From: Schmidtea nova
Lineage: Eukaryota
Assembly (NCBI GenBank): GCA_044892505.1
Contig: CM097882.1
Span: 213,218,001-213,282,000, forward strand
DNA: 64,000 nt
Direction: 5' to 3'
Of the stretch, positions 53,031 to 64,000 are shown one piece after another. Each line of letters opens with the position of its first letter. The first letter of the stretch is position 1. The position numbers and the translations under genes are program-made. The notes below the pieces were generated by a model that saw nothing but the letters and a program-made list of their open reading frames with translations, did not search any database and was not told where the DNA came from.

Positions 53031-53929
53031 TAATAAGTTTATATTTCGTATTATTTATTATTCTTACATAAATATTTTTCAAAGAGCCATCCAAAATAAA
53101 GACTCCATTTTGAAATTTTTATAATTTTTTTTGAAAATGAAAAGTAACAGGAAAAGTTCTTTGTTTTAAATTTAATGTTTATTCATTTTTCAAAATAATT
53201 TAATTTTTAAAATTTTCTTGAATAGAGAATCCGTAAAATGAGAGACACAACTTCAAGTTCTATGTTATCGAAAACTTGTAAAAATTATATTTTATAAAAT
53301 ATTTTTCTGATGTATTTCTCAGCCTTTTTGAAAGATTTTTTATGTTATCTTCCTAAAATAATTTTTATATCATGTTAAAAAGATTTGAAAATAAAACTTA
53401 TTATTTAAACAAACTTTCAATCCATTAATCAAAATAAAAATTTCTATAAATTTCATTTAATATTTTTTCAAAATTAAAATTTCTTAAATTGCAATAAAAT
53501 TTTATAAAAACTTTTTTCAAAAAAAAACTTTTTTTCAAAACTTTTTATAAATTCTTATAAATTTCTGAATTGCTATTTTAATCAAAGGACTGCATATCAC
53601 ATCCCCTTCTTTAAAATATTTCTTCATCTTTTCAACATTTCTTTGTACTGTCTCTCCCGAATCATCTCTCAACAGCTATCACCTGTCGTGTATTTTCAGA
53701 ATAATCTCGTACGCCCCTTCATATATATTTATTTCTTTCGTTCTTGATTCTAACTTGATTAAAAGATATTTTTGTTGGTATCTGTTCAGGTGCTCCTCCT
53801 TTTAGCTATGACTTTCCGATTTGCGGCCCATACCTTGTGTGCCATCATTCTCTAAATATTTTACGTCAAATATTACATCTGCTGGACTCTTACCAATTTA
53901 CTTCTGTATTGTTGCATTCAGTGTGAATT

Positions 53930-54511
53930 CTATTTCTGGCAATATTTCTTCCATATCCGTTTTTTCCTCTCTTTCTGCTGACAAACTTCAAACTCCACGC
54001 TCATTTCCACAGTACTGTTGTGCTCCTCCAAAAGAGCTAGAATTTTGTCGTTGATATCAAGAGAGGGCCTCCCACATCGCTTTTTGTCTTCAACATCAAA
54101 GTTTCCTTCCTTGAAGTTTGCAACCCAGCGTCGACAAGTGCGCTCATTTGTTGTGTCCTTCCCCAGTGTCAAATTTATTTCATTTGCAATCTGGGAAGGC
54201 ACTAATCCACGTTTCCAATTGTAGTCGATTAACTTGCGGATATCCTCTCGTGCGAAATTCATTTCAAATCGACGTATTCTAATGAAAATAAAAAGTATTT
54301 CAGTCAAATAAGAAATTTAATCAAAGTACTTAATCCATGTAAGACATATCAAAATTAATAGCAATGTTAAAAATTTTAATTAAGTGATTTTCTTAATTTT
54401 ACAAATCTACAACATATATAGTATAGACACACAAAGTTGCAGACCTATACACTCATTACAGCATTGGAAAGCTGAGTATGAGCACCGGACAAAACTTATT
54501 GGATTATCCTG
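53930..54511 (-). mobile_element. mariner 5' fragment
   Basis: TA|CAGGATAATCCAATAAG TIR; HTH region IRKLIDYNWKRG...TCRRWVANFKEGNFDVEDKKRCGRP. Confidence 0.85.
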
Positions 54512-54949
54512 TATTTTAACAAACTTTCAATCCATTAATTAAAATAAACATTTCTATAAATTTCATTTAATTTTTTTTGAAAATTAAAATTTCTTAAATT
54601 ACAATAAAAACTTTATAAAAACTTTCACAAATTCTTACAAATTCTTACAAATTTCTAAATTGCTATTTTAATCAATTGACGGAATATCACAAGCCCCTCG
54701 TAGTGTTACTTATTTAAATTAATTGTGTCTGAAATGTTTATTTAAAATGAATTTCATAACATCAAAATAAAGAATTTAATTTATTATACTTCAATTAAAA
54801 AAGAAAACAAATAAAAGTTTACGAGTTAGACTCGTGTTTACTCACAAGCAGGTAAATATAATCTATAAATCCTGTCAAATGACGTTCGCTTTTTTAAATT
54901 TATATAACATTATATACGGGTGTACGGAATATATATATATATATATATA

Positions 54950-55713
54950 TATAGTGCCTCAGAATTTTCAATTTAATTATGACATTAATTTAATAATTAA
55001 ATTATTATTGTAATATTATATTGAATGAACTTTTTTTCTTTTTGTTTTAAATATGCAAAAAATGCACTTTTTCACTTTCAAAAAAACCAACATGACGAAC
55101 ATGCTCCAAAAAGAATTTACAATTATAAAATAAAAATCTTAAATGAAAGCCAATGAAATTTTTTAAAATCCAAATGAGGCGACGATTCAGAGATCTACGG
55201 AAATATAGAGTGAATAGAAGCTATCTAAATCCAATACTAATACTTTTAAACTATCGGATTGTGTCAGTAACAATCATCAATCATTGAATATGGAATTCTT
55301 TCATCCTCATTTCAGTTATGTCCTCCACCTGGAAGGACAAATGCTCATTTGTTTCAACAATTTCATAACAACTCCCAATATTTCTCGTTACTTAACATTC
55401 GCAATGCTACTTCGATTTTTAGTGGCTGCAATATGAACCAGATTAATGAGTTTTCTGATGTCGTCCCTATGGATGACAATCAGACCCAGCAATCGTTTAT
55501 GCATAGTGAAATCAATAAGCAACTCAACAAAAACCATCGAATCCCAAACACAATATGTGTAATGTTCAAACAATGCCAAATCGCAGCATAATAAATCAAA
55601 ATCAACTGGTTAGGCTGTCAAAGATTAGCGATTACGAAATCTAAGGAATTCATTCATCAACTATTGTAGATTGGAATATAATGTATTTCGTTATTAATCT
55701 TTTTTTTTTACTA
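54950..55713 (+). mobile_element. Solo-LTR-like element, family A copy 3 (ORF decayed), between (TA)n tracts
   Basis: Starts TAGTGCCT; CCAACATG start context and coding region align with 49756-49380 on the minus strand. Confidence 0.7.
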
Positions 55714-55856
55714 TATATATATATATATATATATATTGAACTGATAAAAAGTAACTAAGTGATACTTAAAAGTTTTTATTCAATTTGAATAATGATGAAT
55801 GTCTTAATATAGAATATTAAAACAAATCATTATTAAATATATAACATTCTTCCCCT

Positions 55857-58628
55857 CTAGGTTAAGTATCGTGACGGTACTTTTACTTGTCTTCCAGATC
55901 GAGTAGTCGATTCGCTTCCTGCTGGTTCTGTTGACGACAAACTGTCTTCAAATGTAGTCTCGGAATGCCCGAACGTTTCTAGGGTGTCTTTCCCACTTTC
56001 AAGCTCTGTATCAGCTGAGCTATTTGAACATGGTGCAAGGTGACTCGTCGATACTGTGTCTGTCCTTCCATCTCTGTGTTGTACTCTTGCATAGTACGGC
56101 GATATTGTCTCGATCAGTTTGACCTCATCGACAAGTGGATCATTTTTATAGCGAATGTGTCGTTTTAGTAGGATGTTTTGATCAGTATTTCGTAGAAATT
56201 CTGGTAAATCATATCCAATTACGGACGCTCGATCAAATTTAAACATTCGATCGTGAGGTGTCGAATTAGTAGAGACGCACAGCAGTGATCTCATTGATGA
56301 AAGGGATACGTCCAATACTTTTTCCCAATGCTCCTTGGTCATATTGTTTTCCTTTAGGGCTAAGTTTATCGTTTTCAATAGAATTCCGTTAATTCTTTCG
56401 CATTGACCGTTACCTTGAGGATGATAAGGCGTTGTACGTGTTTTCGCCACTCCGTGTTTAATTAAAAAGTCATTGAATTGTCTGCTTTCGAATTGTGCTC
56501 CTCTGTCGCTATGTACGGACGAAGGTGAACCAAACAAGGTAAATAAACTGAACATGTGTTTTATTACGGTGTCAGAATCGACGTTAGCACAAGGAAAGGC
56601 AAAAGGGTACCTGGAATATTCGTCGACAACGACGAGCAAGAAACGATTAGATGTTGTGCTTTGTAGAGGTCCCACAAAGTCGATTGAAATTCTATCCCAG
56701 GGTTTCATTGATGAGATTAGGCTTCTACTTGGAGGTTTGAAGTATCTTGGTTTTATCTGTTTGCATGTTTCACAGTTTCCAATAACGTTTTTAATGTCTT
56801 GGATGGAGTATGGTAGATTCTTCGCTCGGCAGTAATGATACATACGAGTGATACCGGGATGACATAAATTTCCATGAAGTAACTTTAAAGAGTTAGAACT
56901 AATTATTGAACTACATCTAGATAATGCGTCAGCTGGTATGTTGTCGGGACCTGGTTTGTATTTTATGTTGAATCTCAGATCTGATAATTCAATTCTCCAT
57001 CGTGCGATCTTTTCATTCTTAGTTTTGGATAATTTTTGCCGATTGAATATTAACGAAACTGACTTCTGATCTGTAAGAATATTAAAGAAAGGTATCGAAT
57101 GTAAAAGGCTACGCCATTTTTGGGTACATTCGACGATTGCCGCGGCCTCTTTTTCAATGATGGAGTGATTCCTTTCTGACTTTGAGAGTAAACGAGAAAA
57201 GAATGCAATCGGTCGGCCGTTCTGACTCAATACTCCGCCCAATGCATGGTCGGATGCATCGGTTTCAATATCTTAAGGTTGATCTTGAGTTGGGGAATGT
57301 AGTGAAGCAGTTTGTAATTTGGTCTTCAGTAAATGTATTGTTTCGATGCATTCATTTGGCAGTGTGTTGCTTGACGTGAGTTCTTTACGAGAATCAGTTA
57401 GTATTCTCGTGTATTCTGAGCATCGTGGGATCCATTTTGCGTAATATGCAAAAAAACCTATTAAACGATCCATTTCTTTTGTAGACGCTGGAATTGGAAG
57501 GTCCACGAGAGCCTTGAAACGGTCCGGATCTGGCCTTATTGATTGGTTTTCAATTACGTGTCCTAGAAATGATATAGACGTTGTAGAAAACTTACTTTTG
57601 CTTTCGTTTATTTGTAGATTTTTTAATTTAGAGGCCTTTAGAAATTCTTTAAGGTTTTGATCGTGCTCTTCTTTATTTTTACCACCAATTATTATGTCGT
57701 CGAGATAAGCAAACGTTGACTGAAGATTGTGCTCTTGGATGAATTTGTCGATGATTCTCTGAAAAATTGGGACTGCGTTGGTGCAACCGAAAGGTAGTTT
57801 GGTAAATTCATATAATTTACCCTGTGCTTCGAAAGCAGTTAGTTGATAGTCTGATGGTTGTATTTGGACCTGACGATATGCTGACTTGAGCTCTACCTTA
57901 CCGAAAATTGTGTTCTTTGCTATTTTAAAGAGCAGATCGTCAATTCTAGGCATTGGGTATGAGTCAAGATTAGTGTACCAATTGATTGTATTTGAGTAAT
58001 CTATTACGAGCCGTTGTTTGCTGTTCTGGTTGATGGTGAAGCACTGTGCTCGCCAAGGACTTTGGCTTTCTTGAATGATTCTGTCGGAGAGGAGTCTCGA
58101 TATTTCTTGGCTGATAAACTATGAATTTTGTGAGGACCGTCGTGATGGCATAGCGATTGGTTTGATTTTACTTATGTCAACTCATGGCAAGAGCGGATAC
58201 GTGTCACATGTCATTGTCTTGAGAGCTAAAGATAGTGTGATCGGATGTCTATCGCCACCAAGTTCTAGATTAATTCTCGAGTGTCTTTTTAGGATGTCCA
58301 TTCCAATTATCACTTTAGTGACCAGTGATTTGGAGACTTGGAAATGTGCCTCGTAGACCTTGTTTGCCAACATTAACTTTCCATAGTAGGTACCTGAAGT
58401 TGAGGATATCGATTTATTCGCAAGGAGAACCTGTTTTACTTCTTTGTGATTAAAGGTTAGATTCTTACTATTGAGGAATTCTTCTGACACAAAGGACAAA
58501 TCTGATCCCGTATCAATTAATGCTCGAACTGAGTTTCCATCGAGAAAAGCCTCAACTAAAGAATTTTGGGCATTGATTGTTGCTAATCTAGAAATAGAGC
58601 AACTCTGAATCGGTCCGTCAACGTCCAT
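55857..58628 (-). pseudogene. pol (PR-RT-RNase H-IN), with stops and a frameshift
   Basis: LIDTGS, AYLDD, TDASD, HHCC zinc finger, IDFVG, HSDRG, ERIN; no chromodomain seen. Confidence 0.92.
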
Positions 58629-58638
58629 GTTTGTTTCT

Positions 58639-59342
58639 TCAGTAGAGATAGACGCTATTTTTTTTAGCTAAACATACCGGACTCCAGTGACTTTTCTTCT
58701 GGCATTTGTTGTAAGCAGAGTTTCTTGCTGGGCAACTAGATCGCGAATGTTTAGATTTACCACACCATTGGCAGCCAGTAGTCATTGCTGATGTTGTATA
58801 GAGTGATCTGTTTACAGTTGGCTCTGAATGCTGATCCTGTCGAAGATAGTTAGAATCTTTTATTGCAGATTCTAGAGACATCGCACGTGTAACCATGACT
58901 TGGAGGCTGACGTTTTCTAACTCCAAGAGTCTTTGTCGAATTTCATTTGAGCTAATTCCAAAGACTAATGCGTCGCTTATCATTAGATTATGATGTTCTT
59001 CTGCAGAGAGAGCTGGAGTTGGACACTTGTGAACTGCAACTGTGAGTCTTGTTGTAAAGTCTTCGATTGTTTCATTGTTCTGATCTTGAACCGCACGAGA
59101 GTTGATGAGGACCTTTTGACATGCCTTGCTATTAACTTTTGCATTGCTTCTTTGTAATCGCTGCAATGTTCCAAGGTGATGAAAATGTTTGATGGCACCA
59201 ATGAGAGAAGAGCTTCTAAACTGTCGTTGTCTGATAATGCCAGTCTTCTGATGTATGTCTCGAACACACGCTTCCATTGGAGAAATTCATTTTCAGAGGC
59301 ATTTTCCGGAAGAGCTTTTTGAAAGATTTTCAGATTCATCAT
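58639..59342 (-). pseudogene. gag, frameshifted
   Basis: WKRVFETY, EIRQRLLE and tandem zinc knuckles CQWCGKSKHSRSSC / KCQKKSHWSPVC. Confidence 0.85.
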
Positions 59343-59467
59343 TATTCAAATTGAATAAAATTGAACTGATAAAAAGTAACTAAGTGAAACTTAAAAGTTT
59401 TTATTCAATTTGAATAATGATGAATGTCTTAATATATAATATTAAAACAAATCATTATTAAATATAT

Positions 59468-59548
<81 letters not shown>

Positions 59549-59599
59549 ATTATTCACAATATTTTTTAACGAAAAAATAATGAAGCGGAGTGAACTCCA

Positions 59600-59850
59600 A
59601 TTAAAATGGAAAATTGTGATGATGTTAGTAGATATTGAAAAAAAGCAATAGCCGAATTACCAACAAGTTTATACATGGCAACCAAGTATTCTGCAAGTTT
59701 ACAGAAGAATTTCAATTGAAATGAACAACTTAGTATTCAATTTATTTCTAGATGCCTTCAAGAGCATAATATTTATTCAAAAGTAGCATGGTGACGAAAA
59801 GGTTTCTGATGGGTGTTACTTGCCCCATTTCCTGTTATCAAGGGCGACTT
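59600..59850 (+). mobile_element. Possible BEL/Pao pol remnant
   Basis: YLPH/PVIK motif across a frameshift; otherwise weak. Confidence 0.3.
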
Positions 59851-60429
59851 TGAACCTCTGATAAATGAAAACAAATTTAATTTTACAGTAAATATTGGTG
59901 CGACCAAAACTATATCAACAAAAGTACTCAAAGGCTTAAAACTGTTACGTATCTCCATAAACTTGTAAAAATGTAGTAATTGAAAGGTTAATAAAATTTG
60001 TTTATAATAAATTAAACTTTATTAATATTATTTTTTACTATATTGTCGTTTGAAATTAGTAATCCAATTAATCTAACAATAGTTCTCTGTAACTTAATGA
60101 AGAAATATTTTTCCAACTCGATTCACTTTGGCAGTGGTTTCCAAATTCCAATTCAAATAAACGATTTGAAAAATAAATAATTATTAAAATTTTCATTATG
60201 AATTTATATGCTAAAAGAAAAGTTTATTTTTAATATTAAAGTTTATTTATTTCAATTTAATTTTTTTAATAAATAATTAATTCCATATTTTACACGCTGG
60301 TGAACGTTTAGTTCGGGAGCAATTTAAAAATTTTTACAAATTAGAATCTTTTTAGTGTATTATATTTAAACATTCTAAAAATATTGAAATATCTAATCAT
60401 GTGATCATAAATAATTTAATTTGTTAATA

Positions 60430-61350
60430 CAGGTAACCCTCGATTAACACGGTACTTGAATAACACGATTTCGCTTTAACACGGTTAAAATATCGCGGCA
60501 CACCCTTGTCTAACACGATATTTTTTAGCACGGTTTTGATTTTACACGGTTTCAAAATTGATGAAAACCCTTAATTAACCCTTAATTAACACGGTTTCAA
60601 AAGTTTCAAAAAGAGGAGTTAGTGGCGATGGTTAACGAAACTTATACGGATTTACCAAGTTCAGACACTGATACTGAGAGTGATACCGCAGAGCAAAACT
60701 TCACACTCAAATCATTAAGAGAAGGATTTGAGATGGCTAAAAAATTAGAAAACCATTTCCTTGACAATGATCCGTCAATGGACCGAAGTCTGAAAATTCA
60801 ACGCGAGTTGGAAAAATGCCTAGCTTCTTACCGAGAAGTCGAGAAAGAACTTAAAAAAAAATCAAAAACAGGCTCTTCTCACTGATTTTATATCCATAAT
60901 CCAGAAACCACAAGCGACTAATGAAGTGTCAGAAAATTATTCAAGTGATGAAGAAGCACCAGTAAAAATGAATCAGCCACACATTACACATTTTTTCAGA
61001 GATTTTGAGAGTGATGTTTAAGTTAAAAGTGATTATGATGGAATTTGTTAACTTTATCTATGATCAATTTAAATTATGCTATATTTTTATTTTGATATTT
61101 ATGCAAAATGAATTAATTTATTTTACTATTCTTTGTTAAATTTTGATTTCAAGTCTATTTGTATTTCAATCTTCTTTTTTTGTACTGGATGCATGAAAAT
61201 AATAAAAACTATTAAAAACATAAATCATTTTTTAAATTTTTTGGTACCAAACCCCATGAATTGTATTATTTGATAGTCTCGATTAACACGATTTTGATTA
61301 GCACGGAGTATTCTTGGAACCAAACTACCGTGTTAATCAAGGGTTACTTG
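60430..61350 (+). mobile_element. Internally deleted pogo/Tigger element
   Basis: TA|CA(G/A)GTAACCCT(C/T)GATTAACACGGTA TIR; TA TSD; AACACGG subterminal repeats; C-terminal transposase remnant 60622-60885. Confidence 0.88.
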
Positions 61351-61569
61351 TATTACTCTTAATTAACTATATCATACATCATTTACAAGTTGGATCTGCT
61401 ATAGGCCAACGATTTGTACGTCGCACTCACTTCACATTTTTTGTGATTTGATAGAAAATAGTCGAAAGTAGTTGTGTGGACGTTTCTTCGTTACCTATAG
61501 ATCCATATGTATTTAATTTTCGTTTTTGAATTGTCTGGTGACTTTGACTGCATGCTATTGCTAAATATG

Positions 61570-64000
61570 TGTATGTGTCGGGCATCGCACAGTTTCTAGA
61601 GTTGGCAGCTCGAATTACCTGGCTTGAGCTAGCTCGACCATGTTTGGCCTAAAATAAAATCGAAAAACTTGAGTTTTGGTTGGAAAAAGCTCGAGCTCCA
61701 AAAATTGAATTTAGAACATACTCGGCTGAAACTAATCGTAAACTTGAACCTAATTGCTCTTTTTTGTGCAACGAGCTTTATAAATCAAATGAGCTTTAGT
61801 TTTAGTTGTGTCATATCTGAATAAATTATATTTACAGTTTTCAGTTTTTATTGAAAAAAAATATTTTCTTTTGTTTGACATTTTCGTGAGTACGTGTTTG
61901 ATATTCTTTAATTTTAGCAAATCTTTATCTACAAATTTTAAATTAATTGGTTTGCGGTGAATTTAATTTGGTCTTTGGTGTATGACAATTTAATAAGTAA
62001 ATGTTGTGTTTCTTATGAAGGTAAATTATCGTTATACATATATTTTTTAGCCATTAATATTGAATCTGAGGAATGGAAATATTTTTAAAAAAACAGGTCA
62101 GAGGAAAAAGCAACTTTTAGGAAATGCAACAAAATTTTCTGTTTTGCAAAGGTTCAACTACATAAAGTTTGATTCGCCATTTGGAAACTGTTCATAAAAT
62201 TTAACGAAAATTTGAAGACGAAAATGTAGAAACCAGTAATCTAGACACATCATCAGAAATAGCTGTACTAAAGAAACGAAAGGTGTAAGTAAATTACAAG
62301 GATTAATTAGAAAATATTTGAAAAAAAGCATCAATAAGTAAAATTTGGCAAAATTGGTCGCAATGAATGGATTTTCAGTAAACAGTATTTTGAAAAGCTC
62401 TTTTATACGAGAATCATTTTCTAGACAAGGCTACTCTACCAAAAAATAATAAAACTATAATGAAATTGGTTATTGAATTTTACAACGAAAAAAAGTTAAA
62501 TCTGGTAGGATATTTTCAAACATTGATAAAGGAAAATAAAACATTTAATATGACTTAGATGAGTGGTTCAGTAAAAGAAATAGGAGATATATTAACGTGA
62601 ATATTCATAAAAGTGATAGAACACAGCATAATTTGAGACTAGTCCACATTTATGGCATCTGCCCGGCTGAAAAAATCAGTCGAGCTAGTTGAAAAAATTA
62701 AATGAATTCGGCTATTTTAGTCAGAACTTTGGATGTACAACAGAGGGAACGGTGGTCATAGTTAAATTTAGCCATTTGATTCCCGTTCATTATCAATTAT
62801 GGTATAACCATGGGATTCACTTAGCAGCTATGGATGTTCTCTGTGGAAAATCTTCTGAACTAAAAGAATGGAAGGAACGGGTGATGATTCTTCTAATGAC
62901 GTAAATGATGATTCATGAAGTGAAATTGATGATGACCACGACGTTATGATATTAGACCAGAAACTTGTACCACTTCGGAGTGATTATAAACTTATTTTAG
63001 GAAAAGTTTGTAAAATCGTAAAATTATTTAAACCTTCTATATTAAAAAATAATATTTTACAAAATTATGTCAAAGATGAATATGGTGAAAGTAAAGAACT
63101 AAAGTACTGTTAGATTGTCGAACAAGATAGAATTCAATTCAAATAATCCTTGAAAGATTTCTGAAACTGAAAACAGTGTTAAAAAAACTTTAACTGATTT
63201 ACAGCTAGAAAATTTACTTATACAAGAAGATGACATGAAAGATATTGAAAATCTTTCAAATAAACTAAAACCAATCAAAATGACAGTTCAAAAATTAAGC
63301 AGTCTTAATAGCAACCTTCTTACTAGTGAAGGAGTTTTCAAATTTTTATTCGAATCATTAGAAACTCAAAAACAGATCTCGTAAGGTTAATGCTACATGC
63401 ACTGAAATTAAGCATTGAAGAGCGAAGAAACAAAAATATTATTTCTGAAATTAATTAATTACAAAATCCATCAATATTAAAAATTGGCAAGTCTAAATCA
63501 GGATTTGATGACTTTTTTAAAATGAATAATAAAACTGAAATTATTAAAAGTATTAAAGAACTATCATCAAAGTTTTAAACAATAAGTGGTAGTGTAGCAG
63601 AAGTTGATTCGGATGAAAATGGTGATATAGAGATACAAAATCAGAGTTCCGAAGTGTCGTTATCAGAAAAACTTATAAAAAGTATCGAAAGTTGTTTAAA
63701 ACCAATGACTTCTAAAGAAAAAATAGGTCAGTCTTATTTGAAAGAAATCAATATGTTTGAAAGTACCGGCATAATTACTCTTAACTAAAGTATACTTTTT
63801 GAATATATAAAAACTATTCAGCCTACTTCTACTGAAAGCAAAAAGGTTTTTTCAATGGGCAGCAACTTGGTGACTGTTAGAGGTTGTTAAAACATCTTCG
63901 GTTAACTCAAATTCTAAAGTCATCCAAAATATTTATTTAAATAAAGAAAATGTTTGTCTCTGAGGATATTTAAACAAATTTAAAAACGACCATTTTTATT
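61570..64000 (+). mobile_element. Highly degenerate hAT related to the 18326 element
   Basis: YNHGIHLAAMDV (compare CYNHGLHLAVLKV) and QPTSTESKKVFSMGSNLVT (compare PTSTQNERNFSIATDFVT); GCTCGAG subterminal repeats. Confidence 0.65.

Larger units (their letters stand above)
55737..59471 (-). mobile_element. Compact Ty3/Gypsy LTR retrotransposon (3735 bp, 110-bp LTRs), Mag-like gag, inserted in (TA)n
   Basis: LTRs 55737-55846 and 59362-59471 (TG...CA, 2 mismatches); PPT AGAGGGGAAGAA abuts the 3' LTR; gag, PR, RT, RH, IN order. Confidence 0.95.

Noticed and set aside
56473-58356. Plus-strand ORFs over the Gypsy pol (also antisense ORFs over the hAT transposases)
   Set aside because: Antisense shadows of real coding sequence.

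Overview
AT-rich eukaryotic (probably invertebrate animal) DNA, dominated by transposons, with two N-gaps (4054-4270, 16484-16643). The ORF track uses alternative start codons and misses spliced exons, so I read exons by hand. (1) A probable mosaic host gene runs across about 43 kb of the + strand as phase-compatible exons: C-type-lectin-like, kringle, F-type lectin, kringle, then a kringle split by a 13.5-kb putative GC-AG intron. (2) The introns hold hAT, mariner, pogo/Tigger, piggyBac-type MITE, Penelope-like and Ty3/Gypsy elements; many have readable TIRs and TSDs, and some are nested. (3) Best leads: two related blocks carrying different intronless host-gene fragments (PSMG1 with TRM13 upstream; RAD23 fused to eIF3L) between shared leader and tail sequences; a solo-LTR-like family with an ORF inside the LTR; a 3.7-kb Gypsy element whose primer-binding position is a perfect 27-nt complement of its own LTR; a small nested gene with 44-47-nt introns and duplicated 60-nt exons; and a degenerate hammerhead ribozyme. 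All protein family calls are from motif recognition, not database searches.
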